DNA of 64,000 nucleotides from an uncultured Alphaproteobacteria bacterium (GTDB taxonomy: Bacteria > Pseudomonadota > Alphaproteobacteria > Reyranellales > Reyranellaceae), in assembly GCA_963797365.1 (NCBI GenBank), contig CAWCPC010000007.1, positions 48,130-112,129 on the forward strand, in the 5' to 3' direction. This document shows, one piece after another, positions 58,554 to 64,000 of this stretch. Position 1 is the stretch's first letter. Every line of letters starts with the position of its first letter. The position numbers and the translations under genes were made by a program. The notes under the pieces are model-generated. The model was given only the letters and a program-made list of their open reading frames with translations, was not told where the DNA came from and made no database searches.

Positions 58554-59500
58554 AGTCCGTAGTCCGCAAGCGACGCCGTGCCGCGATGGAAGCGCAGCTT
58601 GGCCACGTATTCCTGCGGGTCCTTGCGTTTGACCAGCGCATCGGCCGGCGTGTGGACCCAGTCATATAGCCGGGTCAACAGGAAGCGCAGCGCCGAGCCG
58701 CGAGCCAGCAACGGCAGGAAGCGCCGCTCATCGTCGCTGAGCTTGCGCACCTTGTCATAGGCCTGCAGCAGCGCCCGCGCCTTGGTGGCGTTGAAGGAAT
58801 TGTCGGTCTCGAAACACCAGGCGTTGAGGCAGATCGCGACGTCGTAGGCGAAGAAGTCGTTGCAGGCGAAATAGAAGTCGATCAGCCCCGACAGCTTGTC
58901 GTGCAGGAAGAAGACGTTGTCGTTGAACAGGTCGGCATGGATGACGCCCGACGGCAGGCCGTTCGGCCATTTGGCCTCGAAGAAGTCGAGCTCCTCTCCG
59001 AGCTCGCGTTCCAGCGCGCCATCGATGTGGCGTCGCGAGCCGTCGAACAGGGGCCGCCAGCCCGCGACCGACAAGGCATTGGGCCGCTTGAGCGTGAAGT
59101 CGCGGCCGGCGAGGTGGAGCCCGGCGAGGGCTTCGCCGACCGGGCCGCAGTGCCTGACGGCAATGCGACGCGGCGACAGGCCATGCAGGAACGTCGTGAT
59201 GGCCGCAGGGCGACCGGCCAGCATGCGAACTGCGTTGCCGTCGCGGCCGTGGATCGGCCGGGGACAGTTGATGCTGCGAGCCGAAAGATGATCCATCAGG
59301 CCGAGGAAGAACGGCAGATCCTTCGGATCGACGCGCTTCTCATAGAGCGTCAGGAAGTATTGACCGCGGTCCGTGGTCAGCAGGTAGTTGGAATTCTCGA
59401 CGCCTTCGGCGACGCCCTTGAGGGCGTCGGCTTGGCCGATGTCGTATTCGACGAGGAAGGCTTCGAGCTCGGCGTCGCCGACTTCGGTGTAGACCGCCAT
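58550..59500 (-). CDS. thrB: homoserine kinase (APH-fold, alphaproteobacterial type)
   Basis: MAVYTEV...[22 protein letters not shown] and [13 protein letters not shown] motifs. Confidence 0.9.
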   Translation of the reverse strand: MAVYTEVGDAELEAFLVEYDIGQADALKGVAEGVENSNYLLTTDRGQYFLTLYEKRVDPKDLPFFLGLMDHLSARSINCPRPIHGRDGNAVRMLAGRPAAITTFLHGLSPRRIAVRHCGPVGEALAGLHLAGRDFTLKRPNALSVAGWRPLFDGSRRHIDGALERELGEELDFFEAKWPNGLPSGVIHADLFNDNVFFLHDKLSGLIDFYFACNDFFAYDVAICLNAWCFETDNSFNATKARALLQAYDKVRKLSDDERRFLPLLARGSALRFLLTRLYDWVHTPADALVKRKDPQEYVAKLRFHRGTASLADYGL

Positions 59501-59652
59501 CAGGCCACCAGCTGGCGCGGCAACTTGAAGACCACAGGCCGGTCGCCCGGCACTTCGTCGAGCTCTTCGACGAAGATCGCGCGGTCGACACCGGCGCGGA
59601 AGCCGCGCGGGCTGGCGAGCAGGATCGTGAGCGGCTTTTTCGACTCGGTCAT
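59500..59652 (-). pseudogene. ispH: internally deleted remnant of 4-hydroxy-3-methylbut-2-enyl diphosphate reductase (50 codons)
   Basis: MTESKKPLTILLASPRGFRAGVDRAI is the IspH N-terminus with the cluster Cys replaced by Arg. It is fused in frame to FVEELDEVPGDRPVVFKLPRQLVA. Its stop overlaps the thrB start. Confidence 0.6.
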
Positions 59653-59775
59653 GAGAAAACGATCATGCAGCATGCGCCCGCTCAGCTTGCAGGCCAGCGG
59701 ACCATTGCCTAAACTCCCGCAATACGACGGATGGGCGCGGCACCGTAACAAAGCCGCCGCAACGGGGAAAGCAAC

Positions 59776-60018
59776 ATGACCGAGCCGGTTGTCGCGGCCA
59801 GGGCGCCCATCAAGGTAATGCTGGAAGCGGGCAAGGACTACTGGTGGTGCGCCTGCGGCCAGAGCAAGAACCAGCCATTCTGCGATGGCACCCACAAGGG
59901 CAGCGGCTTCGTGCCGGTCAAGCATACCGCCGAGAAGACGGGTGACCATTGGCTCTGCGCCTGCAAGCACTCGAACCGGAAGCCGATGTGCGACGGCACC
60001 CACAAGACCCTCGCATGA
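59776..60018 (+). CDS. CDGSH-type iron-sulfur domain protein (two CDGSH motifs)
   Basis: CACGQSKNQPFCDGTH and CACKHSNRKPMCDGTH. Confidence 0.9.
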   Translation: MTEPVVAARAPIKVMLEAGKDYWWCACGQSKNQPFCDGTHKGSGFVPVKHTAEKTGDHWLCACKHSNRKPMCDGTHKTLA

Positions 60019-60566
60019 TCGCCAAGCGTTTTGCTCTTCTGGCGCCGATCGCCCTGGCGCTGGCTCTGACCGGCTGCGGCTGGTTTGGCGGCGGCTCGAA
60101 CAAGGAGGCGGCAGCGGCAGCCTACTGCCCAACTCCGCTATCCGTTCAGGATGCGCAGCGGCTGACTCGCTTCAAGTCGGGCGCCGGCCGCGATCCGCGC
60201 GACGTCGCGTTCGAGGCGGTTCTGGTGCAAACCAACGCTGCCTGCTCGATCAACCGGACGACCATGGACATTTCCGTCTTCATGCAGATCGCCGTCAATG
60301 CAGGCCCATCAGTCGGTCCGGGTGTGACCCGGGTGCCGTTTTTTGTGCGCTTGATCGACAGCAGCGGCGCGGTGGTCATCGGCCGCGACGAATTTGCCGA
60401 CTACAAGCTGACTGCCGCGAGCCCGCGCGGCATGAGCCGCGAGGAGCTGGGCATCAAGATTCCCTTCAACCAGGTCGCCGATATCGGCGGTTATCGCATC
60501 GCCGTGGGGCTGAAGCCCACGCAGGATGAGCTCGACTACAATCGGAAAGCCACGGAGCGGCCATGA
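60015..60566 (+). CDS. hypothetical lipoprotein
   Basis: Internal ATG at 60015 (ATGA overlap). Lipobox LALTGC. Confidence 0.65.
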   Translation: MIAKRFALLAPIALALALTGCGWFGGGSNKEAAAAAYCPTPLSVQDAQRLTRFKSGAGRDPRDVAFEAVLVQTNAACSINRTTMDISVFMQIAVNAGPSVGPGVTRVPFFVRLIDSSGAVVIGRDEFADYKLTAASPRGMSREELGIKIPFNQVADIGGYRIAVGLKPTQDELDYNRKATERP

Positions 60567-61906
60567 GCGCCTATGCCGATCGTCTCGAGGTGCTGGCGGC
60601 GGAAGCTGCGGATCGCTGCACGGGTTGCGGCAAGTGCTTCGAGGTCTGTCCGACGGCACGTGAGATCGGCCTCGACGCCGGTGAAGCGAAGGCGCGCGTC
60701 GGCGAGCTGATCGCCTTGACGCGCGAGGGCGGAACGGCGGCCGCGCCGCTCCACAAGTGGCTCAACGCCTGCGACGGCAGCGCACGCTGCAGCGACGCTT
60801 GTCCCGAAGACATCAACGTCCGTCAGTGGGTGACCATCGCCAAGCTGAAAGCCCTCGAAGCCGGCCGTCCGCGCGAGGAGGGGGCGACCAATGCCGCCAA
60901 CCGCTTCCGCCACATGGCGCAGGCCGTTCGGCTGCTCGCGAGCATGCAGCTGCCCTCGGAGACGCTGAAGAAGATCGTGGCGCCGGCCGAGAAGCGCACC
61001 GCCGACGTGCTGTTCTATACCGGCTGCAACGTGCTGCGCACGCCGCACATCGTGCTGAACGTCATGGATATCCTCGACGCGCTCGAACTCGATTTCGACG
61101 TGGTCGGCGGCACCGCCCATTGCTGCGGTGTCTATCAGTTCCAGGAAGCCGACCTGCCGACCTACGAGCGCATGGGCCATCGCACGTTCCAGCGCTTCGG
61201 CCAGTCGGGCGCCTCGCGCGTGCTGACCTGGTGCCCGACCTGCACCAAGAATTTCGACGAACTCGAGAAGGATGTCGAAGAGCCGTCCTTCGACCTCGGC
61301 CATGTCAGCGAGTTTCTGGCCGCCAACCTTGACGCACTGAAAGCGCGCTTCAAGGCCGACCAGCCCAAGCGCCGCGTCGTCATCCACGAGCATCTCGGCA
61401 TTGGCGCTACGCTTTCCAGCATGCGCAAGCTCCTGGGCGCGGTGCCGAACCTCGAACTGCTCGAGCTGCCGCAGGACTCAGGCTTCTCCTACGCCTGCGG
61501 CGGTCAGGCCGCAAAATTCAAGGAGCGCGAGGCGACGATCCATCGCGCGCTGGCCGAAGGCGCGGTCGCGGCCGGCGCCGATACGGTCGTCACGATGTAC
61601 CACTCCTGCCACCGCGCGCTGGCCGGCGCCGAGGCGGTGTATCCTCTGAAGGTCGTGAACTTCACCGACGTGATCGCTGAGGCGCTGGGCCGTGGCGGCC
61701 ATCCCGACTACTACCGCCTCTACAAGCAGGGCGGCGCGATGGACGAAGCGGTGGCGGCGGCGCGCAACTTCCTGCAGAGCAACGGCGTCAAGGTCGACGA
61801 AGCTTCGGTGCAGTCGCTCACCGCCGACATCTTCAACGAGACCGGCCTCGCCGGCCCGCGCGACGCCTTCCGCGACGCCTTCACGACCCTCGCCCGCGAG
61901 GGGTGA
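60563..61906 (+). CDS. HdrD/GlpC-like Fe-S protein (ferredoxin-type cluster motifs plus CCG domains)
   Basis: CTGCGKCFEVCP; degenerate CDGSARCSDACP; HCCGV...CPTC CCG domain; a second degenerate CCG-like domain. Confidence 0.85.
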   Translation: MSAYADRLEVLAAEAADRCTGCGKCFEVCPTAREIGLDAGEAKARVGELIALTREGGTAAAPLHKWLNACDGSARCSDACPEDINVRQWVTIAKLKALEAGRPREEGATNAANRFRHMAQAVRLLASMQLPSETLKKIVAPAEKRTADVLFYTGCNVLRTPHIVLNVMDILDALELDFDVVGGTAHCCGVYQFQEADLPTYERMGHRTFQRFGQSGASRVLTWCPTCTKNFDELEKDVEEPSFDLGHVSEFLAANLDALKARFKADQPKRRVVIHEHLGIGATLSSMRKLLGAVPNLELLELPQDSGFSYACGGQAAKFKEREATIHRALAEGAVAAGADTVVTMYHSCHRALAGAEAVYPLKVVNFTDVIAEALGRGGHPDYYRLYKQGGAMDEAVAAARNFLQSNGVKVDEASVQSLTADIFNETGLAGPRDAFRDAFTTLAREG

Positions 61907-62301
61907 GCCCGCTGCGGCCGCTTCTCCTAGCCGGGGCGATCGCTGCTTGCGCGCCTATCGAGACGATCGAGGCCAAGGTGGGCCAGCTCAAGGGCCAGCC
62001 GGTGCAGAACGTGGTGCAGCGGCTGGGTGACGCCGACAGCCGCATGCCCGCCGCCGACCGCACGGTCTGGGTCTGGCAGGTGCGGGTGCGCGTGCCGCAC
62101 GCGCCGATCACCGAGACCACCACGACCTACGCCACGGGTTTCCGCAGCGTGAGTCAGACGACGGGCTATTCCGCCGTGCCGCTGCCCGAGACCTGCACCC
62201 TGCGCGTGCTGGCCGACGGGGCGGGCACGATCTCGTCCGCCGAGGCCAGAGGCAGCAACGGCGCCTGCGCATCGGTGGTCCACAAGCTCTTTGACCGCTG
62301 A
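61903..62301 (+). CDS. hypothetical lipoprotein
   Basis: GTG start overlaps the upstream stop (GTGA). Lipobox-like LAGAIAAC. Confidence 0.55.
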   Translation: MSPLRPLLLAGAIAACAPIETIEAKVGQLKGQPVQNVVQRLGDADSRMPAADRTVWVWQVRVRVPHAPITETTTTYATGFRSVSQTTGYSAVPLPETCTLRVLADGAGTISSAEARGSNGACASVVHKLFDR

Positions 62302-62307
62302 TCGCGG

Positions 62308-62883
62308 TCATTTCTCCTTGATCGACAGCACCGCCCAGGCCGCGTCGGCGAAGAAACGCACGTGTGCGGCGAGGTTGCCGGTGAAGCGGCCATAGACTTT
62401 GTAGGTCGCAGCCTGCAGCACCACGCCGATCGCTGAAGCGGCGGCAAGGTCGGCATTACGGCGCGGGATCTCGCCTGCCTTCATTGCCTGGGCGATCACC
62501 TCGCGCACGGTGTTCACCGGATTGGGCGTGCCGTCCGGTACCTGCACCAGGAAAGAATGCTGGTTGAGGAGGTGATAGGCGAACAGCGTCCAGTCGCGGT
62601 CGGCCCATTCGCAATAGCAGCGCACGATCGCCTCGATCTTGGCGCGCAGCCCCTTGAGCGGCCGTGCTGCCTCGGCGAGCGCCTCGGCCAGCGCCCGGTG
62701 ATGGCGCAGGAAGAGGTCGAGGGCGAGCTGCTCTTTGCTCGGGAAGTAGCGGTAGATCGTGCCCTCGGCGATCGAGGCCGCCATGGCGATTTCCTTGGTC
62801 GTGGTCTCCGCCACACCGCGCGCCACGAACAAGGTGAGTGCGGCGCGCTCGACCCGCGCCTTGGTTTCCTCGGCCTTCCCCAT
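62308..62883 (-). CDS. TetR/AcrR-family transcriptional regulator
   Basis: Internal ATG at 62881-62883. RVERAALTLFVARGVAETTTKEIAMAASIAEGTIYRYFPSKE HTH motif. Confidence 0.9.
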   Translation of the reverse strand: MGKAEETKARVERAALTLFVARGVAETTTKEIAMAASIAEGTIYRYFPSKEQLALDLFLRHHRALAEALAEAARPLKGLRAKIEAIVRCYCEWADRDWTLFAYHLLNQHSFLVQVPDGTPNPVNTVREVIAQAMKAGEIPRRNADLAAASAIGVVLQAATYKVYGRFTGNLAAHVRFFADAAWAVLSIKEK

Positions 62884-62887
62884 CGCC

Positions 62888-63046
62888 TCAGTGTATGAGG
62901 GCACACTCACTTGTGAAAGATGGCTCATCATCTTCGCGTGCCGCGAGCCAGCGCCAGTCGATGATCCAGTCGTCGAGGCATTCGACCATCTCCAGCGCCT
63001 CGCTCCACAGCTCGAGGGCCTCCAACGCAGCCTTGCGGATGAACAT
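62888..63046 (-). CDS. candidate 52-aa acidic, Trp-rich small protein upstream of the TetR gene
   Basis: ATG at 63044-63046 lies 5 nt after GGAGG. High GC3 in the first 40 codons. Stop is 4 nt before the TetR ATG. Below the ORF-track length cutoff. Confidence 0.4.
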   Translation of the reverse strand: MFIRKAALEALELWSEALEMVECLDDWIIDWRWLAAREDDEPSFTSECALIH

Positions 63047-63061
63047 GAGAACCTCCACAAA

Positions 63062-63100
63062 ATGAGTGTCTGCTCATATATTAAGTGAGTATTCGCTCAT
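63062..63100. promoter_or_regulatory. two tandem palindromic operator-like sites
   Basis: ATGAG-tgtctg-CTCAT (63062-63077) and GTGAG-tattcg-CTCAT (63085-63100), spaced 23 bp centre to centre, in an AT-rich spacer upstream of the small ORF/TetR unit. Confidence 0.45.
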
Positions 63101-63189
63101 TTTCAAGAGATGGCGAAATGCCTGATTTGTCGCGATTTTTCCCGATGGACGACCTGCCGGGGCGGGCCTAGGGTCGCGCCACCCAGACG

Positions 63190-63376
63190 ATCCCTGTGGA
63201 AGAGACCGTTCGAAAGAACGGCGCCGAAGGAGCAACCGGCCCCGGAAACTCTCAGGCAAATGGACCGCAGGAGGATGGGTCTCTGGAAAGTGGCGGCTGC
63301 TGACGACGGCAGATGCCCACCGACGAAGTAAGCCGGATCCTTCCGGCGAATCTTTCAGGTCTCCGGACAGAGGGGG
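63190..63376 (+). promoter_or_regulatory. tandem glycine riboswitch
   Basis: Aptamer 1: CCUGUGGAAGAGAC...GCGCCGAAGGAGCAA...CUCUCAGGCAAAUGGACCGCAGG. Aptamer 2: CUCUGGAAAG...CCCACCGACGAAGUAAG...UUUCAGGUCUCCGGACAGAG. Lies directly upstream of gcvT. Confidence 0.85.
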
Positions 63377-63429
63377 TCGCGAGCGGCGCGGACTTTGCGT
63401 CGGGTAACGCGACTCTGACGGAGACTGTT

Positions 63430-64000
63430 TTGACCGACCTCAAGCGCACGCCGCTCTACGCTCTCCACAAGGAGCTTGGCGCGCGCCTGGTGCCGTTCGC
63501 CGGCTACGAGATGCCGGTGCAGTATCCGACCGGCATTCTCGCCGAACATGCGCACACCCGCGCGGCCGCGGGCCTGTTCGACGTCTCGCACATGGGGCAG
63601 GTGCGGTTGACGGCCAAGACCGGCCAGAACGCGGCCAAGGCGCTCGAGACGCTGGTTCCGGGCGACATCGCGGGCCTCCTGCCGGGTCAGCAGCGCTACA
63701 CCCAATTCACCAATGACGGCGGCGGCATCCTCGACGATCTGATGGTGACCAGCACCGGCGATCACCTGCTGTTGGTCATCAACGCTGCCTGCAAGGACGT
63801 CGATCTCGCTCATCTGCAGGCGGGGCTCGCATCGACGTGCGAAGTCGAGCCGACCTTTTCGCGCGGGCTTCTCGCGCTGCAGGGTCCGCAGGCGTCGCAG
63901 GCCCTGGCGCGGCTGGCGCCGTCGGTTGCCACCATGAAATTCATGACTGGCGCGTTCGTGGTGATCGACGGCGCCCGCTGCTACGTCACGCGCTCGGGCT
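63430..64000 (+). CDS. gcvT: glycine cleavage system aminomethyltransferase T (5' part; continues beyond the window)
   Basis: TTG at 63430, 6 nt after GACGGAG. LKRTPLYALHKELGARLVPFAGYEMPVQYP...LFDVSHMGQ. Confidence 0.9.
   Translation, partial: MTDLKRTPLYALHKELGARLVPFAGYEMPVQYPTGILAEHAHTRAAAGLFDVSHMGQVRLTAKTGQNAAKALETLVPGDIAGLLPGQQRYTQFTNDGGGILDDLMVTSTGDHLLLVINAACKDVDLAHLQAGLASTCEVEPTFSRGLLALQGPQASQALARLAPSVATMKFMTGAFVVIDGARCYVTRSG

Noticed and set aside
1-64000. CRISPR arrays, integrases, transposases, restriction-modification or other defence modules, toxin-antitoxin pairs
   Set aside because: Reading both strands and all listed ORFs, I found no regularly spaced direct repeats and no ORF with recombinase, nuclease, ATPase-defence or toxin motifs. 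Absence is based on manual inspection only.

Overview
64-kb high-GC alphaproteobacterial chromosome segment. Its intergenic palindromes look Bradyrhizobiaceae-like, but that is an impression from the sequence, not a search result. Positions 1-41.6 kb are accessory catabolism and transport DNA. This part holds: (i) a translationally coupled amidohydrolase plus XDH/CoxLMS-type molybdenum hydroxylase operon with CoA-handling genes; (ii) a sugar-type ABC importer and an MFS transporter; (iii) a Dpp-type ABC importer followed by flavin monooxygenases, an amidohydrolase, an enolase-superfamily dehydratase and a Frc-like CoA-transferase; (iv) regulators, a secreted MBL hydrolase and a small MarR-TctC-O-methyltransferase cassette flanked by gene fragments. 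A tRNA-Ser(GGA) at 41670-41759 separates this from a core block: lepA, pheT/pheS, rplT, rpmI, infC, thrS, rnhA, thrB and a glycine riboswitch with gcvT. Main observations: exact and decayed copies of the tRNA-Ser 3' end partition the accessory DNA (fossil island accretion, no integrase left). A structured non-coding module is duplicated and rearranged beside the tRNA. An internally deleted ispH remnant is still coupled to thrB. There is an uncharacterised CDGSH / HdrD-like / two-lipoprotein operon. A low-GC orphan gene sits inside a catabolic cluster. pheT and a periplasmic binding-protein gene each carry a single-base frameshift. No CRISPR array, integrase, transposase or recognisable defence system was seen. 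All calls come from reading the sequence and ORF translations; no database search was run.
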